From Candidatus Latescibacterota bacterium (GTDB taxonomy: Bacteria; Latescibacterota; UBA2968): a stretch of 64,000 bases of DNA. This document shows, piece by piece, positions 39,802 through 49,554 of the stretch. The position numbers and the translations under genes are program-made. The notes below the pieces were generated by a model. That model was not told the DNA's origin. It made no database searches and saw nothing but the letters and a program-made list of their open reading frames with translations. Each line of letters begins with the position of its first letter. Positions within the stretch are counted from its first letter, which is position 1. The stretch is from the NCBI GenBank assembly GCA_965207885.1, contig OZ242311.1, positions 2,496,001 to 2,560,000 on the forward strand, given 5' to 3'.

Positions 39802-42603
39802 CTACAGTGCATGGGAGAGGCGGAGGTATAAATACCTGCCCAGGAAATCGTAGGTATTGGCATCGGATGTGCCCAGGAAACCATTGAATATCACTGCTGG
39901 TGCCTGATTGAGGATGTTGTTTATTCCGATTGTGAGTACGGAGTGACCAAAGGCGGTCTCCAGTTGATATGATCCATGCATACTAAAGATGCTGTTGGAG
40001 CTGATTTTGCGACTTGGTGGTATTTCTGTCACATCCGGGCGGTACTTGCCCTTGCAGTCGTCATCTTCGCATTCCTCGAATCCGCCGATGTATCGCCAGG
40101 TTAGCCCAATGGAAGAACGGTGTTTCTCTACGCCAACTGAAGCGGCGTGACGCCAGCCTGGGAACGCGCCCAGGTCGTAGTAGCCCTTGCCTTTAACTAA
40201 TTCGGGACCGTTTGCTGAAGGCAGGATTTGATCGTAATTCACGAGCAGATTGCTCTCTATTTGCGCCGAGACAATACCCAGAGGTGAGTCGGTAGCGTAA
40301 TGGAGTCCGATATCCATGCCGCTGGTTTCGGTTTCGCCAACATTGGCGTTGGGTGACAGGATATGGTTAATCAGCATGGTATTTGGGTCGCGCACGACTT
40401 GATCGCAGTTGGATGGCGTGTCCTGCGAGTAGCAGTTACTCAAGATGAGGCTGGCAGGTAACGCGCCGATCTCACTCGTGATCGCGGTGGTATAGTAATC
40501 GACAGTTATATCGAATCCATCCAGAAAACTCGGTTGATAAACCAGACCTGCTGTGAGCATTGTGGCCTTTTCCGGATCGAGATCCGTGCTGCCACTGAAC
40601 TGGGCTCGCAGTTGTGCCCGTGAATCCTCAAAGTCGGATGGGATGCCCTGATCTGCACAATTTCGCATTTGCTGAGCAGTCAACGTTCGGGCATTGCCCG
40701 CTTCATCGACTGTACTACAGGGATCGCTGACCAACGGAAAACCATCGCTGTTGCCGAGGAACATTTCGGCGATGCTGGGGGCGCGAAAAGCATTGGAGTA
40801 TGTGGCGCGAAATGCCAATCCTTGAGGCAATTCGAGACGAGTCCCCGCTTTATATGTAGAGCCGTAGCCGAACGAATCGTAGTGGAAAGTGCGCCCAGCG
40901 GCTATTAAATCGAGGCTGACTTCTCCCGCTTTGTAGAGCGGCAAATGGGCTTCCGCATACAAAGCTTTGACCGAGTACGCACCATCGGTGGGTGCTTCGT
41001 CACTGCCAGTGGTATTTCCCGATGCGGTTATGGGATCGGGAAGATAGGCTCCCGCTTCCCAGCGCGAAGATAGACCTGCTGCCATGACCAGTGGACCAGC
41101 TGGGAGTTGCGCGATCTCACCGGTCAGATTCCACTGCAGGATTTGCTGTTGAGAGTAGCCTCTGGCGATACCGGTATATTGGATATAATCTAACATTTCC
41201 TGGGTGATTGTGCCGGCACCGTGGAGTATATCCAGTGACACGCAGTCGCCGGTACAATCCTCGTCTGGTCCCAGTGCCCGCACGAGATTACTGATTATAA
41301 ATCGGCCTTCGTTGACGCTGGTGCCCTCACTACGCCCGTAGGAAAAGGACAGGTCAGCGTCAAAGTCCATAAACTGATGGTCCAAACCCAAAACGATGCG
41401 ATAGGTGTCGATATCCTGGAGATAGTTGCGATTGCCTGCTTCGAGAAAACGCCGCCGGACATCGATAAAATCGCGGCCAAATTCGTTGTAACGGTTGGTG
41501 GCAGATACTACGATGCCGTCGCTGATGGTGAACAAGGGCGTTGGGGCCAGCTTCTGGTCGGATTGGCGATTGGTGTACGATACCTCGAAGAAAGTTTTCG
41601 CACCTTCTGTAAATTTGTAAGCACCACTAAAAAAGGAACTGTAGCGCGTCTGTGGGGTGTAGAGGTAATTCTCTGGCTGATAATTGTACGTGTCACCGCT
41701 TCCATCCGAGGAGATTCCAGCCCAGTTGAAGGGACGCCAGCCGGCATTTGGATCGCGGTGGTAATCACCTGCGTCCTCGCCAGCCGCTGCAACGACCGCC
41801 TGCCAGGCTTCGTTGCCCTCGGTGCCCAGGCGGTCGATGATGTGGCCTTCCGGGGTGGCCGAACTGCCGTTTTTGTTATAGGTGCCGTCGTTTTTTCCCC
41901 AGTCGTAGTTTTTGTCCGATACGCTGAAACTGCGGTCGCCGGTCCAGACGGGCTTTCGGTTGTGGTAACCTGCCGAAAACAATATGTGGCCTTTTTCGCT
42001 TTGCAAACCGGCGGTTATGCTGAGGTCGCGGACTTCGCCATCACCTGCGCCTGAAATCCCTTCATAATAATCTATCTCTACCCCTTCCATATCTGATCGG
42101 GTGATGATATTGATCACCCCTCCAATGGCGTCTGAACCATATATGGCTGAGGCTCCATCCTTGAGAATTTCGACGCGTTCGATAACTGAAGCGGGAATAG
42201 AGTTGAGATCAACAGATGAATTTGCGCCTGTTCCGCCCGGGACGAAGCGACGCCCGTTGACCAATACCAGGGTGCGATTAGAGCCGAGTCCGCGCAGACT
42301 AATTCTGGTAGAGCCATCGCCGCCGTTGTTGGACTGGGTATTGGTTGCATTGGACTGTACTGTGAGTGTTTGTAGCACATCTCCAATGGAAGTCAATCCC
42401 CGCGCTTTGATTTCGTCACCGGATAGGACGACGACTGGCGCAGGCGAAAGGCTTTCCGCACTTTTGATGCGGGAACCGGTTACGACAATCTCTTCAAATT
42501 CGTAGATTTTCGGCTCGTCGGGCGATTCTTTAACATCCTCTGCGAATGCTGATGTAATAAATACGATGGCGACTATCTGGCAGAATATGTGCTTCACACT
42601 CAT
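39802..42603 (-). CDS. TonB-dependent outer-membrane receptor
   Basis: Signal peptide; EEIVVTGSRI, LRGLG..RTLVLVNGRR, IERVEILKDGASAIYGSDAIGGVINIIT, FRAPS, NNILN, GRYLY. Confidence 0.95.
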   Translation of the reverse strand: MSVKHIFCQIVAIVFITSAFAEDVKESPDEPKIYEFEEIVVTGSRIKSAESLSPAPVVVLSGDEIKARGLTSIGDVLQTLTVQSNATNTQSNNGGDGSTRISLRGLGSNRTLVLVNGRRFVPGGTGANSSVDLNSIPASVIERVEILKDGASAIYGSDAIGGVINIITRSDMEGVEIDYYEGISGAGDGEVRDLSITAGLQSEKGHILFSAGYHNRKPVWTGDRSFSVSDKNYDWGKNDGTYNKNGSSATPEGHIIDRLGTEGNEAWQAVVAAAGEDAGDYHRDPNAGWRPFNWAGISSDGSGDTYNYQPENYLYTPQTRYSSFFSGAYKFTEGAKTFFEVSYTNRQSDQKLAPTPLFTISDGIVVSATNRYNEFGRDFIDVRRRFLEAGNRNYLQDIDTYRIVLGLDHQFMDFDADLSFSYGRSEGTSVNEGRFIISNLVRALGPDEDCTGDCVSLDILHGAGTITQEMLDYIQYTGIARGYSQQQILQWNLTGEIAQLPAGPLVMAAGLSSRWEAGAYLPDPITASGNTTGSDEAPTDGAYSVKALYAEAHLPLYKAGEVSLDLIAAGRTFHYDSFGYGSTYKAGTRLELPQGLAFRATYSNAFRAPSIAEMFLGNSDGFPLVSDPCSTVDEAGNARTLTAQQMRNCADQGIPSDFEDSRAQLRAQFSGSTDLDPEKATMLTAGLVYQPSFLDGFDITVDYYTTAITSEIGALPASLILSNCYSQDTPSNCDQVVRDPNTMLINHILSPNANVGETETSGMDIGLHYATDSPLGIVSAQIESNLLVNYDQILPSANGPELVKGKGYYDLGAFPGWRHAASVGVEKHRSSIGLTWRYIGGFEECEDDDCKGKYRPDVTEIPPSRKISSNSIFSMHGSYQLETAFGHSVLTIGINNILNQAPAVIFNGFLGTSDANTYDFLGRYLYLRLSHAL

Positions 42604-42634
42604 CTATACCTCGCGATTGGAGGATGACAATTTT

Positions 42635-43591
42635 TTAACCATCGCACGCATACGCATCAAATACAATTTTTAAATCGCGTTTTGCGCGTGCAAAATTCGA
42701 ATATGGCTGACGCGAACGGTTTTGAAGACAGGATAAAAAATCAGCTATCATCGCGCGATAGCCCATCAAATCTTTCAGGCCCGGCCAGAGAATCCGAAAG
42801 CCTTTCTGAGGTTTGCGAATATAAATGCCGTTGCTTTCAAAAACAATGCGTCCACGCGTCCCTTCGATATAAGAATGCTGAAAAACGCCTTTTGTCAAAC
42901 TGGGTGTTTGCCACGAGTAATGCAATTCGCCAATTGCGCCAGTAGGATAGACCATTCTCACGACAGATTCGCGCTCTGGCGTACTGCCAGAATAGCCCGG
43001 GAATATCGCTTCGATCTGTTCGGGTACCGCATCGAATAGATCTGAAATCAGGGCGATAAAATGAATACCGCCTTCCAGCAAAGCACCATGAACACTTTTC
43101 CAACCCTGCGCCTGCTGCGTTGTGAGCTTTTTTACTGAAACCGAACGCATTTCGCCAATATCGCCCTGGGTGACCATGTGCTTGATGTACGATAGCGAGG
43201 GTTTGTAATAATAATTCTCGGCGATCATCAATAGGGGGGTCTCGACCCGTTCCAGCGCGGTCTCGATCTCGACAATTTCCTCTGGCGAGATGCACATCGG
43301 TTTTTCGACGAGTACGGCTTTGCCAACTTCTAATAGTGCGATTATCTGGTCTTTGTGATGCTCTGGTGGGGAAGCGATCACCACGGCGTCCACATCACTT
43401 TCCAAAACGGCGTTCAGGTCGTCAAAGATGCCCTCGCCCTTAAACTTGAGATTGAACTTGTACGCGCTTACCCGCGACCGACTGCAAAAATACAACGTCG
43501 CTCGCCATTGCAAATTTTTCGCATGAAGCGCGCCGATATTTCCACACCCCAGGATGCAGATACGAGGCTTTTTATACGTCAGATGATCCAT
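42635..43591 (-). CDS. Gfo/Idh/MocA family oxidoreductase
   Basis: GCGNIG, DAVVIASP, VLVEKP, GALLEGGIH. Confidence 0.9.
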   Translation of the reverse strand: MDHLTYKKPRICILGCGNIGALHAKNLQWRATLYFCSRSRVSAYKFNLKFKGEGIFDDLNAVLESDVDAVVIASPPEHHKDQIIALLEVGKAVLVEKPMCISPEEIVEIETALERVETPLLMIAENYYYKPSLSYIKHMVTQGDIGEMRSVSVKKLTTQQAQGWKSVHGALLEGGIHFIALISDLFDAVPEQIEAIFPGYSGSTPERESVVRMVYPTGAIGELHYSWQTPSLTKGVFQHSYIEGTRGRIVFESNGIYIRKPQKGFRILWPGLKDLMGYRAMIADFLSCLQNRSRQPYSNFARAKRDLKIVFDAYACDG

Positions 43592-43635
43592 TTTTGATTA
43601 TTCTGCCCCTATAATAGAGAATCATATCATTTTTT

Positions 43636-43902
43636 TCATTCATCAAAGCTGAGGACAGGAACAGAAATATGGGGAGCGGTTGCTATCCGCTCGGGATTGT
43701 TCAGTAAATCTGCGATGCGAGATCCCACATCGGCTCGCACGACTTTGGCCCCACATTGGGGACAAACGCCTGCCAGAACATTCTCTAAAACGATGAGTTC
43801 ATCGCGTATCCAAAAGTCCTGTTTAATACGCTGTTCTTGCAGGGGTGTGTCACAGTTTTCACATTCTCCATAATCGTAAGCATTCATGTTGTCTTTGGGC
43901 AT
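43636..43902 (-). CDS. YgiT/MqsA-type zinc-finger protein (putative antitoxin, no HTH)
   Basis: CENC...ENVLAGVCPQCG; immediately downstream of DUF4258 gene. Confidence 0.8.
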   Translation of the reverse strand: MPKDNMNAYDYGECENCDTPLQEQRIKQDFWIRDELIVLENVLAGVCPQCGAKVVRADVGSRIADLLNNPERIATAPHISVPVLSFDE

Positions 43903-43904
43903 GG

Positions 43905-44183
43905 CTACTCCAGAGCGTAAGTTGTGATAAACAGTAATTTCCCGGTGCTCTTAATACGACATATTATAGCGATTTGTCTTCCGTCTGTTGCGGAACCTAC
44001 AATTTCGTACCGTGTACCTCGCGGGTCATGTGTAAATCTTCGTCTGATTTTTCCCCTTGCTATTGCTTCTTCAATATCTAGAAAGATTAGATTATCATCA
44101 GCCATTTCTTCAAAAAAATGTGGTATGGCAAATTCGTATTCTTGCTCTACCACCTTGCCTCGAATGACATCTATGATAGCCAC
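43905..44183 (-). CDS. DUF4258 protein (putative RNase toxin)
   Basis: PHFFEEM..D....DIE.AI..G, DPRGTRY...G, ITTY. Confidence 0.75.
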   Translation of the reverse strand: MAIIDVIRGKVVEQEYEFAIPHFFEEMADDNLIFLDIEEAIARGKIRRRFTHDPRGTRYEIVGSATDGRQIAIICRIKSTGKLLFITTYALE

Positions 44184-44213
44184 TTTATATTTCCAGAGGG
44201 TTTATACTAACGT

Positions 44214-44603
44214 TTATACCTGTTGACCAAGACAATAGCACAACCTGTCTGGTGCGATGACAAAGAATATGCGGAAGGATTTATCGCCGTGTTGGTCAAT
44301 CCGATAATCGGGGTCGTCATTTTGCAATCCATTATTCTTCAATTCGTTGAAGGCGGTTTCGACATCATCCACTTCAAAAAAACACCCCTCTTGAGTCGGG
44401 TCGCCACCATTTTCTGCCAGGCCGATCTGGATATCGTCTCTTGCGAGTATAGCGGACTTACAGGGCGCGTCCTTCCGAGATACGACCCGAAATCCCATGA
44501 CTATTTCGTAAAAAGGGATGGCTTCTTCCAGGTTCTCAACCGGAAGGTTCATAGCGTCTTGCATGTAGGGCGAGGCTGTTTTAAATATAGATTTAGTTTT
44601 CAC
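44214..44603 (-). CDS. VOC/glyoxalase family protein
   Basis: LPVENLEEAIPFY, FEVDDVE, APD; SD AAGGAG. Confidence 0.8.
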   Translation of the reverse strand: MKTKSIFKTASPYMQDAMNLPVENLEEAIPFYEIVMGFRVVSRKDAPCKSAILARDDIQIGLAENGGDPTQEGCFFEVDDVETAFNELKNNGLQNDDPDYRIDQHGDKSFRIFFVIAPDRLCYCLGQQV

Positions 44604-44766
44604 GCTTATCTCCTTCTCTCTGAATCTATAAAAAAAATCACAGGTGTTTTTTGTTTCGCCTAATTTTTTATGTTCCTAACCTCGAAGCGGCCGGAACACA
44701 GTATTTAGACACAAAGGACTCACTTGCGTCCAGGATTGCTGAAGCTGTGGGGTAATAACACTCATG

Positions 44767-46611
44767 TCATCCATCCACCTTCTGAGCTGTGGCATGGATT
44801 GTCCCTTCCGCAGGTACATCCACCCGCACGGTCAGCACGGTATATCTCTCATCGTCGCTGGTGACCATCGTTTCCAGACGTCCGCCATCCACTGCGTAAG
44901 CTCCTGCTGGGAGCACGAATGTCACCCGGCAATCGGGAAACGCGTCTTCCAGAATATTGGTCACTGTCGCTGTCACTCTGTCGTGTATCCCGTTGTTACC
45001 CGGATCGTATGCCACCTCAAGCGGCGGTGGTCCCTCTCGATTGAAAGGAACGGGAGCAACAGCATCTCCTCGATAGGTCGCCGATGTTACATGACCATCT
45101 TTAAAACGCACCACCCGAAAACTGCTGCTATTGCTTTTGCCCACCCGCGTCGTGGGTGTGGCTCCAATGGTCATCACCTTTTCCCCTGGGCCATGCGCGT
45201 CGTGGATCAGCTTTACCTTATGCCTATCCAGAAATGTCTCTACCGGGGCATTGTGCTCGAATGCGTTGATTATCTTGATCTTAGCCTTCGCCCGCGAGGA
45301 TAGAAGCGCGTTGGCTTGCGATAGATCCACATGCCAGGGATGCCGGAAATTCAGGATGCATAGGTCTGAGCCATAATCGATGATTCCCACCTGATCTCCA
45401 TACCACTTCTCGTGTCCGTAAAATTGGTGATTGCCGAATGTAATCGCATAGGGCATCTTCAGTACCAGATGTGATCCTGAGATATACGCCGGGTTCACCG
45501 CATTGCTAATCAGGACCATATCGGGTGCGATCAGGTTGGCGATCTCCGCCAGCCGTCTCTCGTACTCCGCCTGATATTGTCCCTGCGTGTCCAGGTGTCC
45601 AAACGTCATAAAAACCGGATCTTTCGGATAGTCTCGAACGACGTACACGCTTCTGGGAGACTGTCGTGTGAAATCTCCCCGCGAGCCGGACACCCTGATC
45701 GATAGATCGTATAACCCCGGTGGTATGTCTTGGGGCAGACTTACTGTGCCTTCCCGATCATAATAAAACTTCGCACTCGGATCTTCCTCAAACGCCACTG
45801 TGCGTGAGATCGTAGCTGGCCCAACCCGACGCGACAACTTCACTTGCCCTATCGTGTGATCGTAGGCTTCCAACCGCACCCGAAAGGATTCTCCGGGCTG
45901 CCGGATGGTCGGATGTCCCAGAACCGGGAATCGGACGCCTTGTGGCATGGTCTCTGGATGTCTATGAAGATACAGTGGTGGCAGGCGCGTTTCTTTTCCT
46001 TTTTGAATCGCGATTTCTTCAATTTTTTGAGACTCCCATCCGTACGCAATCAATTCCAATGAATATCCCTTTCCTGCGGGTAGGCCAGTCAGACGGCACG
46101 ACCCCGATAACCAATTCCGCACCAGTGTGTTCCGCACTATTTGACCTCTCTGGCGTACCACCGCTCGTGCATCTACGAGGAAGCCATTTTCCTCACCGTT
46201 GAGTACAAATGACAGCTCTCCAGAATGCTCCGCCAGGACTCGAAATCCAGATATACGGCAGCCCATCTCGCCCCTGTTCTGACGATGCTCAACGCGTACC
46301 CGGTGTTTCCCTTGTGTCAGTCCCCTCGCCAGTACCACCTCTCGTGCTTCGTTACCCGGATACAAGATGCGCGGACTCCCATTATCTACTGTCACAATTA
46401 GCTTTCCCAGGGACGGTCTCCCGTAGGCCGACACGGCGTGCTGGCCCAGACCAAGTGCCACTCCTGTACCGGTGAATTCAAACGTCAAGGTAGCGCCATT
46501 ATCCTCCGTCTCCAGACAGGCTGTCCTGGCATACCGGAACTGGCTCTCCCACCACGTACCTGATTGCAGCACACAGGCTGTATCCAGGGCTGACACCCAC
46601 TCTTTACTCAT
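44767..46611 (-). CDS. Multidomain hypothetical protein with degenerate metallophosphoesterase-like domain
   Basis: Beta-sandwich/Ig-like N-terminal part; PDMVLISN, FGNH, DAH in calcineurin-like positions. Confidence 0.5.
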   Translation of the reverse strand: MSKEWVSALDTACVLQSGTWWESQFRYARTACLETEDNGATLTFEFTGTGVALGLGQHAVSAYGRPSLGKLIVTVDNGSPRILYPGNEAREVVLARGLTQGKHRVRVEHRQNRGEMGCRISGFRVLAEHSGELSFVLNGEENGFLVDARAVVRQRGQIVRNTLVRNWLSGSCRLTGLPAGKGYSLELIAYGWESQKIEEIAIQKGKETRLPPLYLHRHPETMPQGVRFPVLGHPTIRQPGESFRVRLEAYDHTIGQVKLSRRVGPATISRTVAFEEDPSAKFYYDREGTVSLPQDIPPGLYDLSIRVSGSRGDFTRQSPRSVYVVRDYPKDPVFMTFGHLDTQGQYQAEYERRLAEIANLIAPDMVLISNAVNPAYISGSHLVLKMPYAITFGNHQFYGHEKWYGDQVGIIDYGSDLCILNFRHPWHVDLSQANALLSSRAKAKIKIINAFEHNAPVETFLDRHKVKLIHDAHGPGEKVMTIGATPTTRVGKSNSSSFRVVRFKDGHVTSATYRGDAVAPVPFNREGPPPLEVAYDPGNNGIHDRVTATVTNILEDAFPDCRVTFVLPAGAYAVDGGRLETMVTSDDERYTVLTVRVDVPAEGTIHATAQKVDG

Positions 46612-46628
46612 CGGTGTTCACCCCTCTT

Positions 46629-47522
46629 TTAGACGCGCACTTCTCTCGCAACGATATCCAGATCCCACGCCTGCCAGTAATATTTCACCGGGTCGCTCGT
46701 GTCCCATTTTTCGTATACATCTTCCCACGTCAGCCAATTCATGTGCGGTTGTAGCGAATCGTCTCGAACTGGATGGCTTCGCGGTTGATATCGGTAATCA
46801 GCCGAAATCCGCAGACGGTCTGCCGACTCGTTATCGCGCCCCTGATGAATCGTCAAACTGTGTAGAATAATTACGTCGCCGCATAGATAGTCGCCGCCGA
46901 TCCAGACGGAATCCTCTTCGACGGGAACCTGACGACCACCTGGTCCCACGCCTTCGAATGTTTCCAGTTTCCCGCGTCGGTGCGAGCCTCGGGCGACGGC
47001 AAGTCCACCGAGTTCTTCTGGGCAGTCACCGCAGGGAATCCAGGCTGTCCAGGTATCGTCCGATCCTCCGATGAAGTAATTGTCCTGGTGCGGTGGGGTC
47101 GAATGGGTATCTGTATCAGGGAATACAAGGCGGCAGATGTTTCGGCTGTGCGGGAGTACCTGATCGCCGAACAGAACTTCAAACGCCTGAATCAGAGGGA
47201 GTTCGAGTGCCAGTGCGTGAAAGTCTCGAATTTTCAGTACATCATCATAAAATGCCTGCCAGCGCGGGTCTTTGCTCTCGACGACCTGAATGTCGGGATT
47301 TGCAATGCCCTCTGTCAGTTCGGAGCCTTCCGCCAGCCATCCATGATCCCGGCAGATGCCGAGAATCTGGTGCCGAACTTCGATTACACGTTCCGGATTG
47401 AGCAAGTTGCGAAAGAACAGATACCCATTCTCCTTTGCCTGTCGTCGAAGCGCCTCAGGATTCTGCAACAAATTCGTCGCGTCCTCAAGTGCTTCGATTT
47501 GCTTCATGTCAATCATTGCCAT
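46629..47522 (-). CDS. PhyH-family dioxygenase
   Basis: GYLFFR, PPHQD, TAWIP, GGLAV..GSH, GDVII.HS.TIH, RISADYRYQ. Confidence 0.9.
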   Translation of the reverse strand: MAMIDMKQIEALEDATNLLQNPEALRRQAKENGYLFFRNLLNPERVIEVRHQILGICRDHGWLAEGSELTEGIANPDIQVVESKDPRWQAFYDDVLKIRDFHALALELPLIQAFEVLFGDQVLPHSRNICRLVFPDTDTHSTPPHQDNYFIGGSDDTWTAWIPCGDCPEELGGLAVARGSHRRGKLETFEGVGPGGRQVPVEEDSVWIGGDYLCGDVIILHSLTIHQGRDNESADRLRISADYRYQPRSHPVRDDSLQPHMNWLTWEDVYEKWDTSDPVKYYWQAWDLDIVAREVRV

Positions 47523-47561
47523 TATGACGGTCTCCTTTTTATGAACGAGTCAGGGTCCATG

Positions 47562-47918
47562 TCAGGGGGCCAACTCATGAATTTCGTCTGGTTCGGACAT
47601 GGATGTGAATTGGACAGCTTTTATCGTTTTACGCCCTTGAAGTATCGCTTTGCACAGGCGGTGGCCGCCATCCATGAGTGAGCCATCTGCATTTAGAATG
47701 ATAGGATATTTTAGGGAAGCGTGGTTAATTTTTTTACAATGCCGCGCGATCTCTCTTAATGTAGGTTTCTTTTCCCCAAACCAGCAGTCTTTGTCTAATT
47801 CTTCGATTGATGATATGTTGATTTCAAATGTAGAAAGATCGCTGGTCTGCATCCAGAGTTTTTCGGTGTACCATACGAGCCGTTTGCCATCGCGTATTGT
47901 GCTGTGTTTCTGTGGCAC
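47562..47918 (-). CDS. Small ParB/Srx-fold protein
   Basis: YPIIL...GSLMDGGHRL.KA...G...IKA. Confidence 0.65.
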   Translation of the reverse strand: MPQKHSTIRDGKRLVWYTEKLWMQTSDLSTFEINISSIEELDKDCWFGEKKPTLREIARHCKKINHASLKYPIILNADGSLMDGGHRLCKAILQGRKTIKAVQFTSMSEPDEIHELAP

Positions 47919-47935
47919 GATTCCTCCTTTCGATT

Positions 47936-48451
47936 TCAGACCATACTCCGGCTGTATCGGATTTCTTTACGTTCAACCCCTGCAAGGGGTTCTACTTTTT
48001 GTGCACCATCCGCGCTGAATCCGAATTTTCGATAAAAGGAAATCGCCCTCTGGTTGGTATCGAGAAGCCAAATTTTTACCATTGAGCAATTCATATCGCG
48101 AAGGGCCGTAAGAGATGCCTCCATTAGCTTTCGGCCAATGCCGCGATCCCAGAATTCTTCAAGGGCATAAATTGCATAGACTTCGCCAACGGCGCTTTTA
48201 TCCAGTCCTTCATCTCGTACGGGGCCAAAGCTGATGAAAGCAATGATCCTTTGATCTACTTCGGCTACAAGTACTTTGTTGGAGGGACTATTGAGGGTCA
48301 GGTGCCATTGTTTCTCCCTCTGGTCAACAGATAAATTATCGAGGATGTCATCGGGCAATTGCCCCTTGTACGCAGCCTGCCAGGATCGAACGTGGACTTC
48401 GGCCAGACCTCTGGCGTCGTTTTTGGAAGGTTCTCGGATGATCATTGCCAT
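47936..48451 (-). CDS. GNAT acetyltransferase
   Basis: AIYA..EFWDRGIGRKLM, LDTNQRAISFYRKFGF. Confidence 0.92.
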   Translation of the reverse strand: MAMIIREPSKNDARGLAEVHVRSWQAAYKGQLPDDILDNLSVDQREKQWHLTLNSPSNKVLVAEVDQRIIAFISFGPVRDEGLDKSAVGEVYAIYALEEFWDRGIGRKLMEASLTALRDMNCSMVKIWLLDTNQRAISFYRKFGFSADGAQKVEPLAGVERKEIRYSRSMV

Positions 48452-48485
48452 GGTAGGCGACCTTTCATAGTGATGGCGCCTTTCC

Positions 48486-49478
48486 TCATTTCTTGAGCGC
48501 GTCTCTCACGACCCTGGCGAGTTCCGGGTGCTTCTGCAGGGTGCTCAATCGAGAGATGACGAGATTGCCGCTGCCGTATTTCAGAGCGATTTCTATCTCT
48601 CTGACAAGGCGTTTGGGGGTGCGCACGAAGCCGGGCAGATCGTGGATGCCGATGAAGGGGACAAAGCGGTTGATCTCAGGATTTTCCAGGCGCTTCATTT
48701 GGGCGGCTTCCATTTCAACGCGTTCAAGTCGCCATTCGGGGGGATAGAACCAGGAGATGGTCTGTGTGCAATAGTCGAGTTTGTATTTGGCGCCAATGTA
48801 TTCGTCGGGAAGGAAGTGCGGCCAGACGTGGTTGGTGACGATGGCATTGGGATCTATGGATTTAGCGTGGTCGTAGAGGAGACGGTGAACGTCAATGAGT
48901 GTTTGCGTGGAGATTTTTTCCATGATTTCGATGTCGGACAGGTCGGGGTTTTGCTCGCGCGCTTCTTTACGGAGGGTTTCACAGCGGTCACAGAAACAGG
49001 CGTAGTAGTTGACAAAGCCAAAGCCGTCAAGGGCGATCCCGTCGGCGATGTTGAGGGCGCGCTCAACCCGCCTCTTGAGTTCGGCCTGCGATTCCGGATG
49101 CTCGAAACAGAGGACGGTTCTCGGTAAGACGAACGATTGCCAGCGGTAGCTCTCTCCGTGCAACCGGAGCCAGGATTGTCCGGTGATGACGTCCGAGACG
49201 TTGTGTTCGAATTCGCGCATTTTTTGAAGGCAATGCGGATAGGCATTTTCAAAGTCGTCGTCGGAATAGGGGAAGACGGTAGCGATGATCTGGATGTCTC
49301 GTTTATGGGCTCGCGCGACCATTTCAGGAGTGGCGCTATTGGTAATAAGCATGTTGCAGCCGAGGTCAGCCACAAAATCGACGGCTTGTTCGCGTTCGGC
49401 GTCGGTTCTGAGGCGGCCGATAGCCCAGACGGCTTTCATGGGGAGATGTCCTTTATGGGGTTGGGCAACGGTCATCAT
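48486..49478 (-). CDS. Hypothetical protein, probable TIM-barrel glycoside hydrolase-like
   Basis: LCFEHPE, DGIALD, CFCDRC cysteine cluster as seen in GH42/GHL-like barrels. Confidence 0.5.
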   Translation of the reverse strand: MMTVAQPHKGHLPMKAVWAIGRLRTDAEREQAVDFVADLGCNMLITNSATPEMVARAHKRDIQIIATVFPYSDDDFENAYPHCLQKMREFEHNVSDVITGQSWLRLHGESYRWQSFVLPRTVLCFEHPESQAELKRRVERALNIADGIALDGFGFVNYYACFCDRCETLRKEAREQNPDLSDIEIMEKISTQTLIDVHRLLYDHAKSIDPNAIVTNHVWPHFLPDEYIGAKYKLDYCTQTISWFYPPEWRLERVEMEAAQMKRLENPEINRFVPFIGIHDLPGFVRTPKRLVREIEIALKYGSGNLVISRLSTLQKHPELARVVRDALKK

Positions 49479-49554
49479 CTGGTTCTGTCAGGTAATATCT
49501 CCCAGGTATATAGGAGGTGCCCCGGGTTCAGAGCCAAGATAATCGAGTAAAGGC

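Noticed and set aside
44674-44712. GTCTAAA...GTTAGGA as a full attC
   Set aside because: Only about 37 bp with no L-box pairing; kept only as a possible core relic.
47562-47918. ParB-like gene as a plasmid or prophage partition locus
   Set aside because: No ParA, HTH domain, parS repeats, replication or phage genes nearby.
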